64,000 nt of DNA from a virus (taxonomy: Duplodnaviria > Caudoviricetes), in IMG/VR virus record IMGVR_UViG_3300042988_001200. One strand, written 5' to 3'. Positions 27,517 through 39,900 of this stretch are shown here, piece after piece (the first letter of the stretch is position 1; each line of letters starts with the position of its first letter). The position numbers and the translations under genes are program-made. The notes beneath the pieces are model-generated. The model worked only from the letters and a program-made list of their open reading frames with translations, did no database searches and was not told the DNA's origin.

Positions 27517-29278
27517 AAGGAATAAAAATAAAGGTAATAATACAAGTAGTTTACTAGCTTCATTAATAAGTGAGGCTAGTACCTCATTAGAGGCAGATAG
27601 CAATCTTTCTATAGTAGAGTTTGCAGAGGATATTTTATTTAATAGTAGAGTAAACTTGTTTCCTCAACAAAGGGCGGTGTTAAAGATATATAACAATGAG
27701 GATATAAATGAAGATGAGGAGAATATATTAAACGAGTGGTTTAATGAAGGTAAGACTACATGGAGGAAGGGTAGGGTATATAGTGATTTAGTTCTAGAAG
27801 CTGGTAGGGGTTCTGGTAAGAGTGTATTGGCAGCTATTATAGTTCTTTATGAGTTCTATAAGTTAATCTCATTAAAAGAACCTGCTTTATTCTATGGACT
27901 TATACCTAATGACCCTATATCCATATTTGTTATAGCTAAGAGTGGAGACCAAGTAAAAGAGACTTTATATGCAAAGATAAAGGGTTATGCTGAACAGAGT
28001 GAATACTTTAAAGCTCTAGTAGATAATGAAAAGATAACTATACAAGAAGAGATGATTAGATGTAAGGATAAGAATATAGCTATATATGCTAAACACACTA
28101 ACTCCTCCTCTCTAGTAGGTTATACCCTTAAGTGTTTAGTTCTAGATGAAGTGGCTAGATTTGATACTAGATTAGATGAGTATGGGGACCTTACTTCAGC
28201 GGCTGATGATATCTTTTATAACGTAGGTAAGGGTGTAAAGAGATTTGGAGCTAAAGGTAGAAGAGTAGCTATATCTAGTGCTTGGAGAGTTAATGACCCT
28301 ATAGAAAGACTTCTTAAAACAGCAGATAAGGACCCAGAGACTATTGGATTTAAATTATGTACTTGGGATATTAATAAAAGACCAGAGTCTACTAGACAAT
28401 CTCTTAACTCTGAATATCTAAAGGACCTTACTAGAGCTCAATTAGAGTATGAGGGCATAAGAATAAATAATAAGGGCTCTTCCTTTATATTAGAGGAACT
28501 TATAGATAAATGTACTAAAGGTTTATCTATGATAGATACAAAGGAGATAAATTTAGACATAGGGGATAGAGGTTATGTAGGACAAAAAGTATTAAGAATA
28601 GAAAAAGATAGAGAGACCCCTTGTTTTATTCATATAGATTTTAGTGTTAAGAGGGATGCTACTGGACTAGCTATAGCTTATCCTTATAAAGTAGATGATA
28701 GGTACTTAATTAATGTAGGAGGTTTAATTAAATGGACTCCATATACAGATGATAAAGGAAAGAAAAGGTTAATAAACTTTAATAATATAGAAGAAGTATT
28801 AATGATTCTAGCTCTTAATAGGAATATATTAAAGATGACATTTGACTCTTTTAGTAGTGCTCCAACTATTCAGAAGCTATATACATTAGGTATAGACACT
28901 CAAGAGGTGTCTGTTTCTAGAAGTAGTCAAGCTGAGTATTTTACTTTATTTAGGGATTTATTAAACCAGGAATTAGTTATTCTACCTAAAGATTCAATAT
29001 ACTTTTCATCTTTAAAGTCTGAGTTATTGGGCATTAAGATGAATGAAAATCTGTCTATAAGTCATGGACTACAAGGGAAAGATATATCAGATGCTGTAGT
29101 TAATAGTGTGTTTCAGTGCTATAACTATATAGTTAATTCTGGTTTAACCTTTAACAATACTAATAATATACTAGTTAATCCTAGTCTTAACTCTTTTATA
29201 AATATAATTAATTCCCCTTATAATATAGGTTCTAGTGTTAATAGATACCGTTCTCTTAAATATAAACGTCTTATTTAA
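27509..29278 (+). CDS. terL: Terminase large subunit
   Basis: Walker A LEAGRGSGKS, Walker B CLVLDE, coupling motif AISSA, RNase H-like nuclease FIHIDFSVKRDATG and a terminal KDISDAVV. Confidence 0.9.
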   Translation: MLKRNKNKGNNTSSLLASLISEASTSLEADSNLSIVEFAEDILFNSRVNLFPQQRAVLKIYNNEDINEDEENILNEWFNEGKTTWRKGRVYSDLVLEAGRGSGKSVLAAIIVLYEFYKLISLKEPALFYGLIPNDPISIFVIAKSGDQVKETLYAKIKGYAEQSEYFKALVDNEKITIQEEMIRCKDKNIAIYAKHTNSSSLVGYTLKCLVLDEVARFDTRLDEYGDLTSAADDIFYNVGKGVKRFGAKGRRVAISSAWRVNDPIERLLKTADKDPETIGFKLCTWDINKRPESTRQSLNSEYLKDLTRAQLEYEGIRINNKGSSFILEELIDKCTKGLSMIDTKEINLDIGDRGYVGQKVLRIEKDRETPCFIHIDFSVKRDATGLAIAYPYKVDDRYLINVGGLIKWTPYTDDKGKKRLINFNNIEEVLMILALNRNILKMTFDSFSSAPTIQKLYTLGIDTQEVSVSRSSQAEYFTLFRDLLNQELVILPKDSIYFSSLKSELLGIKMNENLSISHGLQGKDISDAVVNSVFQCYNYIVNSGLTFNNTNNILVNPSLNSFINIINSPYNIGSSVNRYRSLKYKRLI

Positions 29279-29283
29279 CTTTA

Positions 29284-29973
29284 ATGTTTACTTGCCCAAT
29301 CCCCAATTGTTACTCTTTAGCCTCTACTCCAGAGTGTATACCTGTAGTTTCTTATATAGATTCATGCTTTTCCTATGAAGACCCTCCCATATCCTTACCT
29401 ATATTAGAACCTATTATGTTAGCTCCTAGGTTCTATATAGAGGTTTCTACTAAAGGAGAAGCCTCTTTCATTTATAAGATTGATAAGTATGGGTTACTTA
29501 GTAATTATATTCAACTGCTTTTAAAACCTAATAAAGAGTATAAAGTTAAGTATTTTCAATGGAAAAAGGTTATATCTACTTCTATTAATACAAGTTCATT
29601 AACTAAAATTTTAATAAAAGAGGAGATATGGAAGATTCCTTCTTCCTATTTATTGCTCCAAAGTCTTAGTTTAATTAGAAAAGATGATGATTCTAGTTCA
29701 TGTATTGATGACTTTGATGTTATAGATAACCCTTTTATTCTTAATCCAACTATTAATATAGAACCTAAGTATAAAGGAAACCTTATTTATAAGACTCTTA
29801 ATCTACCTATTTGTACTTATACTAATGAAAGAGTTGTATCTTCTATAGGAATTGGATGGTCTAATGCTCCTAAACCTGGAACTAAATATTCTATTTCATA
29901 CTACCAACCACTAGATATTAAACAAGTAATAACTAATACTAATCATATAGATTTAACTAATATATACACCTAA
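29284..29973 (+). CDS. Hypothetical protein (Cys-rich N-terminus)
   Basis: 229 aa, in the operon after terL. Confidence 0.6.
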   Translation: MFTCPIPNCYSLASTPECIPVVSYIDSCFSYEDPPISLPILEPIMLAPRFYIEVSTKGEASFIYKIDKYGLLSNYIQLLLKPNKEYKVKYFQWKKVISTSINTSSLTKILIKEEIWKIPSSYLLLQSLSLIRKDDDSSSCIDDFDVIDNPFILNPTINIEPKYKGNLIYKTLNLPICTYTNERVVSSIGIGWSNAPKPGTKYSISYYQPLDIKQVITNTNHIDLTNIYT

Positions 29974-29974
29974 T

Positions 29975-30421
29975 ATGACTAATCTAACCTTTACAAATAA
30001 CCAATATGATATTAAAACCTATGCTGTTAGAACTATATTACCTAGTTTAAGTGTATTAGGTAAAGCTATAAAGATGGATATAGAGGACTCTAGATTTGTT
30101 CTTAAAGGAGTGTTTACTACAGAGTTCATTCTTAATAAAGCTATAATAAGTTACTTTATTCCCTCTAAACCTAGTCCTTTCTATGCTAATAAACCTGTAT
30201 GTCTAGTAGGTAATATTACTGGACCAGCCCCAGACTTATATATTCAAGCGGCTAACTCTTCTTTTATAGAAGGGACTATAAGTCGTTTAGTATATATAAA
30301 TGAGTGGTATCAGGGTGTAAATCCTTTTACTCAAGCTAGAAATCCATCTACTGCATTCGACTTTTTTAAACATCTATTAGCCTCTAACATAGAAGATGTA
30401 ATTAATTACCCTAATCAATAA
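29975..30421 (+). CDS. Hypothetical protein
   Basis: 148 aa, 1-nt spacing from the previous gene. Confidence 0.6.
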   Translation: MTNLTFTNNQYDIKTYAVRTILPSLSVLGKAIKMDIEDSRFVLKGVFTTEFILNKAIISYFIPSKPSPFYANKPVCLVGNITGPAPDLYIQAANSSFIEGTISRLVYINEWYQGVNPFTQARNPSTAFDFFKHLLASNIEDVINYPNQ

Positions 30422-30425
30422 CTAT

Positions 30426-30968
30426 ATGCCACACCCATGTACTAACTCTTGTTCTCCTAATAATAGATGTAAAGATAGACCTCATGCTGGTCTATCTTTT
30501 AGACTACATAAGGATGATTCTATTTATACCCCTATCATAGAAGCTAGAACTCTAAGAATAAATCATTTATATGAATGGGAACTAGAATCTGGTTCTGCCT
30601 ATGAGTCCTCATTCTTCTCATCTATAAAACTACAATATGACCAGATTCTATCTCCACCAGCTATGCAACCAGCATTTAATATAGAACCTCTTATCATATC
30701 CTTCCACTCCTCTGACTTCTATAAAGTAGATTTATCTAACGCCTCTTTACCTGAATATATATCTGGTATATATGTTCTCACTAATGTGGTTATTAAAGAA
30801 ATAGCTTTAGACCAGGACTGTTGTTGTAATAAGATGAAGGTAATAAAAGCTAGAGGAACGTTTGATTGTGTAACAAATATAGATACAGTACCAGATAAAG
30901 ATTGTAGGGTTGAGGTATATCCAATACCAGTTCCAGTTAGTATTAAAGAATGTAATAGTTGTGATTAA
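30426..30968 (+). CDS. Hypothetical Cys-rich protein, possibly tube-like fold
   Basis: 180 aa with CTNSC..C, CCC and a terminal CNSC; the beta-rich C-terminal pattern YVLTNVVIKEI...VIKARGTF is weakly tube-like. Confidence 0.55.
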   Translation: MPHPCTNSCSPNNRCKDRPHAGLSFRLHKDDSIYTPIIEARTLRINHLYEWELESGSAYESSFFSSIKLQYDQILSPPAMQPAFNIEPLIISFHSSDFYKVDLSNASLPEYISGIYVLTNVVIKEIALDQDCCCNKMKVIKARGTFDCVTNIDTVPDKDCRVEVYPIPVPVSIKECNSCD

Positions 30969-30970
30969 TT

Positions 30971-33900
30971 ATGTCTTCTTCTTCTCTTGATAGGTCTTTA
31001 AATTCTAGATATAATGAGGAGTCTTCTTTATCTAAGGCATTAAGAGACCCTGTTAGTATAGCACTAGCTGGAACTGCCGCTATGGGTGGTGTATTAGGAT
31101 CTATTAATTTCTTTAATAAAGTTAGAGATGATTATTATCATCCTTTTACTAGCTTCTTAAGAGATAGATTGAATGCTGATATTACACTAGAGGTTCCTTA
31201 TGACTATTACGATGAACCCTCAGCCTCCCGTTCAGAGAATACAACAAGAAAAACTAATAATCTAACAGAAATAGACCTTACTCCTACTCCTTCTTCCTCT
31301 GGTGATGTACCAGAGACTAATATCTTTATTAGGATAAATAATTGGATGACTGAGAGGAGACAGGAGCGTATGAATCAAAGATACGGTTCTAGTAATCCCG
31401 CACCTAATACTTCTAGCACCCCCTCTAGACCTACATCTAATACTAATACTCCAGCACCTAAACCCTCAATACCTCAGCCCATAACTCCTCCCCCAACTAA
31501 TCCCTCTTATTCAATACCAGACCCTTGGCTTGATACTTCAACTAGTAATACTCCCCCTACTAGACCTTCTATTGTTCCTGCTTCTGTTAATTCCCCATCT
31601 ACTCCAGTTAATAAAACTGTTCTTCCTTCTAATTCTGGAGTATCTATTAATCCTCCATCTATCTCTAGAGCAGCTCCTAGTGTACAGGTTAATAATGTTA
31701 TCCCTAATAAAAGACCGTTAAATCTTAATTCATTACCTCCTTCTAATAAGGTAATGGGTAGTATAGGTATAGCCGCTCTTAGTTATATAGGGTTAGGGGT
31801 TCTATTAAGGGGGCCTGATTATTTATCTTATACCTCTAGTGGGTTTACTAGTTTCCTAGGAGGATTAACTACAAATAATCCATATAAGGATGTAATACTA
31901 CCAGGGGGTCATAGAGTTATTCCTAGTCTATCTAATAGAACTCTTATGAGTAACTCTAGGTCTGATACTTTTATAGATGGTTATAAAGTAATGGATATAT
32001 CCATACCCTCTGGAGCTGACTCTAAGAATAAATCTATAGAGACTAACTACCTTCCAGAGGTACTAGCAGCAACTATAGGTATATCCTTTGGGGTAGGGGT
32101 TGATGTAGGGATGTCTAAGTTATCTAAGAGTATGGCTAATAGGTCTAACACCTTTAGACATGTATTTGATAGAGATAGAACAGGGACTTTTAGTAAGAAC
32201 TTCTCTCCTTTACTTTTAGGAGCTATAGCTGGAGCAGCTATATCAGATAACTCTATAGAAGATAAAGTACAGGGCACTTACCTAGGAGCTATGGGAGGAG
32301 GATTTATAGGGTTCCTAGGTATGAAAGAAGAGATAGGTCCCATGCTTAATAAAAGATTAGGTCTAGGTCTAATGGGTGGGGCTCTAGGTCTATTAATAGG
32401 TTCTAAGATAAGTGCTTCTAAAGAATCTAATAAAGTCACTTCTTATAGTATTAACAAAGGAGGAGAGTTAAGAGTTACTTATGATAACTTACAGGAGCTA
32501 ATAAAAGAAGATAAAGCTACATTACCCTATGACTTCTATAAACATCCAGAGGCTAATAAGTTAGTAGAGGCTTATCTAATAAGTAATCAAAGGGGTTTTA
32601 GAGGTATAGAAGATACAGGTAATTATGCAGATAGACATTTAATTTATCAGGTAAATAAAGATAAGCATGGATATAATACTCAAATAGGTAAGTTAAATAT
32701 TAAGTTGGATATAACTGTTCCTAGTTATTCAAAAGAGGAGGGGTTTATTAGAGTTAGTCAAGAGGAGGTTAGAAAGAAGTATTCTATTAAGGATACTGAT
32801 TCTATTGATAGAGCTAATGGTTTATTTAATGCTTATCAGATAGGTTTATTTATACCTTCTATGACCTTCTTTACTATAGGGACTATAGCAGAGGTTAAGA
32901 ATAAACCCGGGGTTAAGAAGATAGTAGATTTTATTACTAACTATACAGATAAGGTTAAGTATCTATGGCCAGGAGAAAGAGCTATAGGTGAGGGTATACA
33001 GGAGATAGGGCAGGGGAGTACAGCCTTTCTTACTAGAGGCTATTCTAGAGGACTTAATAGAGGTATAAGGAAACTAGGGGAGGGCATTAAGTATAAAGTT
33101 ATAGGTGAATCCCTTAGTTTAGCTAAGAAGACATTTATCTATGCTATACCTGTATCTATAATCTCCTCTATGTTTGGAAATATAGACAGAGATAATAATC
33201 AGAATATAGAGGTCTATAGTAAAGAGGTGTCTCACTATGAAGCTATAGAGACTATAATGCCAAAGGCTACAGGTAATAAGAATATAGACTCTAGAGTTAA
33301 TCTTCAGACTTATATGGAGGAGGGTACAGCCTATAAGTTAGGGGATGTTATTATCTATGATTCGGGCACTATAGGCCAAGGATTAAGGAACTTTCTAGAG
33401 ACAGCTCCAGATAAATCTGTTAAAGCTCTTTTATATAAGCTAGGACATGAACAGGGGTTACAAGAGGTAATAAGTAGAAAGGCTGCTATAGGGGGTATAG
33501 GTATAAGTGGTGGGGACAATATAGATACCTTTTCCTTTTGGGATGAGATAGGAAAAGGATTTCAAGGAGAGGGGTCATGGGCACAGGTTTTTAGTTATCC
33601 TTTAAGAGCTAGTAAACATGAATCATTAGGAGCTGGTATAGCTTCAATAACCAGTCCTATAGTAGGAGGGTTGTATAACAATCTAGCTACTAACCTAGGC
33701 TTTGACCCTATATATAACTATAAGTTTGATAAAGATGTTTACTCTCCATTAGCTCATTCTCTAAATACTCTTACTTATGGTGGGTTGGGAGCAGCAATAG
33801 GTATAGGGATACATTCATATGTAGGGGGAGCAGGTAGGATACCTATGAGGGGTAAAGGGAGATTCGTAGGAGGGTTAATAGGAGGGCTTATAGGTGTAGC

Positions 33901-36900
33901 TCTAGGAGCCACTCAACCTACATATATAGACTCTGGATTCTATGATTCCTTAAGTAAACAAACACAGTTATCCTTTGGGGTATTTAAAGAGAGTAGTGCC
34001 CATAAAGCTCTTACTAAAAAAGATTCTTCTATAGGAGACTTAGTATTAGGGGCTGGACTAACTGCTGGACTACCAGCATTGGTAGGTGTGGCTCTACCAA
34101 TGAAAGGGAGAGTTAATAGAGGTATATTCCTAGGGATAGTTGGTTATACCACTGGTATGATTATATCTACTATGACAGGTAATGGTGTATTACCATCTAC
34201 CTTACCTATGTCTAGAAGGTTCTTAACCAATGAGTATGACCTTAGTAATCAAACCTTTAGTGTTTTACCAGGGGCTAGAAGGGGTAGTGGTAAACAACAG
34301 TTATCCCATATTCACTCTAAGACCTTATGGAGTAGGGAAGAGGTGTTTATATCTACAGGTAACTTAGATTCTGTATGGAAGAATATATATGGAGATGAGT
34401 CCCAGTTTAATATAGCTGTTAGGGTTAAAGGAGATACAGCTAAGAAGCTAATACCTCAATTAGATATTCTCCATGAGTTTATGAAGAAAGCTACTCCAGA
34501 TTCTAACCTTTCTTCTATAGTAGACCAGATACCTGATTTGATACTAGGGGGGCAAGGTTCTAAATCTAATGAGAAGATATTAGAGTTTATTCAATCAGCT
34601 AAAGGGGATTTATGGATATCTGCTCCATATCTAGCAGGATTAAGTAGAGATGTAAGACCTTTAGTAGAAGCTATTAAAGCTCTAGAGGCTAAGGGACAAA
34701 ATGTTCATCTTATAGCTCAGAACCCTAGAGGAGTGTCTGCTGGGGGCCAACCAGAGATGTCTATAGCTTTACAAAGAGAGTTATTAGCCTCTGGAATAGA
34801 TGTATACACCACTCCATATACTAATACCACCCTAACCCATGCTAAGTTATTAGCTGATGATGTAAAGACCTTTATAACTAGCCATAACCTATTCTCTGGT
34901 AACTCTATGAATAAGGTAGTAGAGGTAGGTATAGTTCTAGAGGGGGAGGAATATGCTAAGGCTACTAAACAGGCAGCCCTTAGATTTATGATAAAGAATA
35001 ACTTCTCTAATATTAAAGATAGTCCTCAATTCTCTCCAGAGGTATCTAAAGGATTTAGAGGGGTAGAAAGAGTAAAGGCCCTAGATATAAACCCTCAGTT
35101 TGCTGGTCTATTTGACCACCATTCAGGCTATCTCCTTCTTAACTCTCAAATGGGAGCATCCTTTTTCTACTCTAGAGCTCTATATAATAATCTCCAACGT
35201 CAAGCAGGTTTCTATCATAGGATTATAGATGAAGAGTTTGGTCCAGCTACTAGCTTATTTAAAATAGCTTATCTAGCTCACATAAATAAGAACACTAATA
35301 CTCCTTTAAGTACGGACTTATCGTATATCCCCTACTTTGTTAGTCAATATGATAAAGAGTTACAGACTCAGGGGGTAGGTGGGGTATTTAATGAGTTTGT
35401 ATCCATGAGGTTAGGGATGGGTAGGATGTATAAAGATGAGTATGGGTTTATAGGTTCTATAGCTGGTTCTATAGGGGCTATTCTAGATAGAACTTACCTA
35501 TTCTTCCAGGGAGGTAATATAGTGGGAGTTCATAGTAACTATGATGATGTAGATAACAAGGATATGAAGTATAAGAATAGAATGTTTCAAGAGGGGACCT
35601 TTGAAGCATTATTTACTTATCTAGCTGTTACTGCTGAATCTGCTGTAGCTTCTATAGCCTTATATATCTCATTAGGAGAACCTATTAATTTATTAATAGG
35701 AGAGGGTTTTAAGACATCTACAGAGAACTTTATTAGAGATGCTATTAAAGAAGAAGATTTCCTATCCCCTTCATCTAGACTTAAAAGAGCCTCTAACCTA
35801 GGGTTATATGACTCTCAGAGTTCTATACAAGCTAGACTATCTTTATTCTCTTCTATTACATCAGGGGAGGAGTATTTCTCTGTATCTAACTTTAAGTTAA
35901 CTCCTTATCATGTAAGCAACTTCTTCCTTAGAGAAAGGTCCTACCATCTACAAAGAGAGGTATTAGAACCCTTCTTACTAGAGAAGATAAACCCCTATGA
36001 GAGATTTGAAAGGTCTCAACAAGGTTTTAGAGCGGTTATTAATAAGTTTATAGAAGAGATAAGAACCCCTCCAGAGATTAGATTAGTAGCTTCAGAATCT
36101 AATCTAGAAACTATATCTAAACTAGTAAAACAACAGAAGGAGATAAGTGAACACTTAAGTTCTATAGGGGTTAATAAAAAGCTAGTAGATGTAATTATTT
36201 CAGAGGCTATAGGTTATAAGGAAGTAAGGAGTCAATTAGCCTCTGCTCTAAATCTAGATCCTAATGCCTCCTTAGATGAAATAGTTAACACTCTTAAAGG
36301 ATTTAACTCCTCCTCTTATTTAGATGGTGTACTTCCATCTATACAAACTAGAAATAAACTAGGTACTTATACTTATACAGAAGAGGGTAAGTTAATATCA
36401 GGAGTTAATTTAGAGATAGGTAATGTAGGTGTAGAGAGAGCTACTAGGATAGCAAGAGCTGTACAGGATATATTAGATGAGATACCTCTTAATCCTATAC
36501 ATTGGAAGGTCTTTAATAGTAATAGTGTGGCTTCTTTATTAGGAGTAAAGGAAGGGGGTTATCAGAGAGTGGTTAATAGAACTAACTTTACTGTTATATC
36601 TAAGGTAGCTACTATAGGGGATATCCTATCCTTTACAGATTTAACTCAAACTATGTCAGAGATTATGTTTGGTAAAGGAGGGATATCTGCCTTCATAGCC
36701 GCTAATGAAATATATAGTACAGAAATAGATAAGAGTATAGCTAGACATTCAGTAGATAGGATTCATACTATATGGAATATGACAGCAGGAGCTGCTTATA
36801 GAGCTTCCTCTAGAGCATGGTCTAGATATAAGTTAGTTATGGGATTACCCTTTCAGACTGGATTAATGAAGGCTAGTGAGTCATTAAAGGCTATGGAGTT

Positions 36901-39900
36901 TAATCTATTTAATAAGATAGGGGATGATGGATTAAGAGGTATAACCTGGGGAGATGATGCAGCTATTATCTCTAAGAGAATAGAGGATTTAACTAAAGAG
37001 GCTAAAGCTATATGGGAACAGTCTATACAGTCTGGTGAGTATGAACGTATATCTAAATATGTATCAAGTCTAGACCAAAGAGGGTTTATAGCTGAGTATA
37101 TAGCAGAACAATTACAACCTCATGTGGATCCATTAGCCAGAAGAATTAATTATATAGATGAATCAGTAGTATCTGCATTACATCAAGTAGATGAGGTTCA
37201 TCAGGCTCTATCTAATAACCCTAGAATGGCAGGTACTTTCCTTATGGAGATGCAAGAGCATTTAAGGAAAGAAACTATGGATATGTTTGTTACTGCTACT
37301 ATGAGTGGTTCTAATCTACAGAAACGTCTTATTAAACTTAGACCAGGGGACCCCTATGGTCTAGCCTCTAAGAAGAAGATGGCTTCTGTAGCTATGTCTT
37401 TATTAGGTATAGGAACTATATTCCTAGAACAACTCTTTACTAATACTCAGGGAGTAAGTATATTTACTCAGGTAGCCACAGCTCTTACATTTAGTAGATA
37501 TAGTGATAAAGAAAGTGGTGTATCTACTACATTTACTAATAGTGCTTTCCTACCTGGTTCTGGTGTATCTAGATATATAACTAATATAGGGGTTAATATA
37601 GGGGTCCTTGGTCTATCTCATATAATAGGTTCTTCTATATTAAGGGCTCAGGCTCTAGATTACACCTTTGATAATGACTTGTTATATAGACATATAGATG
37701 AGACTAGGGGAGCTTCTATTAACATAAGACTCAAACATCTAGATGCTAATGGAGATGAGGTAATAGAGCTTGTATCTGATTTAATAGATGATTGGAAGAC
37801 AGAGGGTGTAGAGTCTGGAGCTGACCTTATTAAGAGATTAAAGGGGTTAGTTAATGAGGGTTACTCCCTTCAATACGCGGTTACTAAAGGAGCTTCCACT
37901 AAGTACCTATCAGCTTTTGTAGAAGGTAAATATCTAAAGACTAGGGCTATTAGATTTGTAGGTAATACATGGTTTAACACTGCTGTAACATATGCTGTAT
38001 TAACAATGGCTATAAAAGGGGTTAAAGGGGGTATAGCTTCTACTCTTAATACTCTTAGAGATACTACTGGAACCATAGACCCTATTCTATTTGGAGGTAT
38101 AGGTATGGGTATTGGAGCTATAAAAGGGGGATTTAGAGGAGGTCTAGCTGGATTAGCTGTAGGGGTATTTAGCTCTTTTATAATGAATAGTCTAGGGGTT
38201 AAACTTCTTAATATTGGAGGTAAAGGAGTTAAAGTAGATAATTTAGAGACTGGTATTTTATCAGAACTATCTAACTTTAGACATTATGTTATGGCTAATC
38301 TAGGAGATGCTAGTAGAGCAGAACTAATGGCAGCTCTATGGTCTAGAAATATGGAGTCTGCCTATTCTATTCTCTATAAAGAGCCTTCTGGTACAACCTC
38401 TAATGTATTAGCTAAACAAATAACCTTTCCAGTATTCCAATTCTTCTTTACTAGTAAGGTAATAGGAGAACAAATAAATAATGAAGGGATAATAACCAAT
38501 CCTGGGCAGATATATTATAGTACAGGGATTCAGGGTCCTCCTATAAGTGGTATATCCTTCTCTTTTGGTCTTCCTTTTAAGATAGTAAAGGGAAAGGGGG
38601 TGTTTGGTACAGGTATTGCCTATAATGAAGAGGCTAATGTTATGGATTATATTCATAGTGTTAGCTACACCTCTTTATATCTAGGAGCTAATAGTCTAGC
38701 TCTTGGGACTTTATATAAAGTAAGTAACTCATTAAAGAGTAAATCAGCTATTAAGGAAGTAGGAGTTCTAGAAATGTTAGCTAAGATGTCTAAGGGTACT
38801 GCTCAATTAGTAGATGATGTTTTAATGACTCCCGTAGAGTTTGGATATAGAGTAGTAACCTCTCTAGCTACAGTGGATATTCGTAATGCTTTCTCTGTAG
38901 CTTATAAGGAACAAGATAAGGCTGCTCAATTAGGTACTTTAAGAAAACCTGTAGGGGGTATAGGAGCTCTAGCATTAAAGACTTTACTAGGGTTATATAT
39001 AGGGGGTCAGATAGGAAGTTTATATCAAGGTATAGTCTCTAAGGATACTATTGAGTATCAAGATAAAGTGTCTTCTGCTATAGATGTAGGGGCTCTTATA
39101 GGTGGGGGTCTAGCAGTTGGTCATCATTTTATATACCCTAAGATATATCCGCATATACAGGGTAAGTTATTTAAATACAACTCTTTACCTAGACTCCCTA
39201 GATATATACCAGCTCTAGCTATAGGAATAGGAGTAGGCACTCTTATGGCTAATAGTAGCTATGGATTAAGTAGTGGTATGGATTTCCATGAGGATGAACT
39301 TAGTTTCACTAAATATGCAATTACTGCTGTAGGTTATGGAACAGTATTAGGAACTGTAGCCTATAAGGTGGGTAATATAGGATTAACAATGGCAGATACT
39401 CTCCAGAAGTATGTAGATTTAGATAGTAGGTTAGAGATGGCTACTGTTAAGAGTACAACTGGTAGTGGGTTAAATAGGATGGTTAATAAGGCTAAGAAGT
39501 TCTACTACTCCTTATTTATAGATAATGCCCAGAAGGAAGCTCAGATGGTAGTAGATACTATTAAACATAACCAGCAGGAGATAGATGTTAGATATAACCA
39601 AGTAAAGGGGGTAAAGGGAGAAACAGTAGCAGATACTTTACCAGATGGTTATGCTCGTAAAGCTGTAGAACTTATAGATAATAATACAGATGTTAAGTTT
39701 CTTATTCACTCTAGTGAGAACAAAGAGATTCTTAATAATATTAATAAAGCTAAGGGTTCGTTCTTAGAGTCTAGATTTCATAAAAGGATATTTCCTCATA
39801 GAGTTAAGAGAACAGTAGGTGGGATGATAGCTCTTGGAATAGGATTATCTATATTAATGGGAGGTAATGAGGGTCAGTTCTATGATTATATAGAGGGAGC

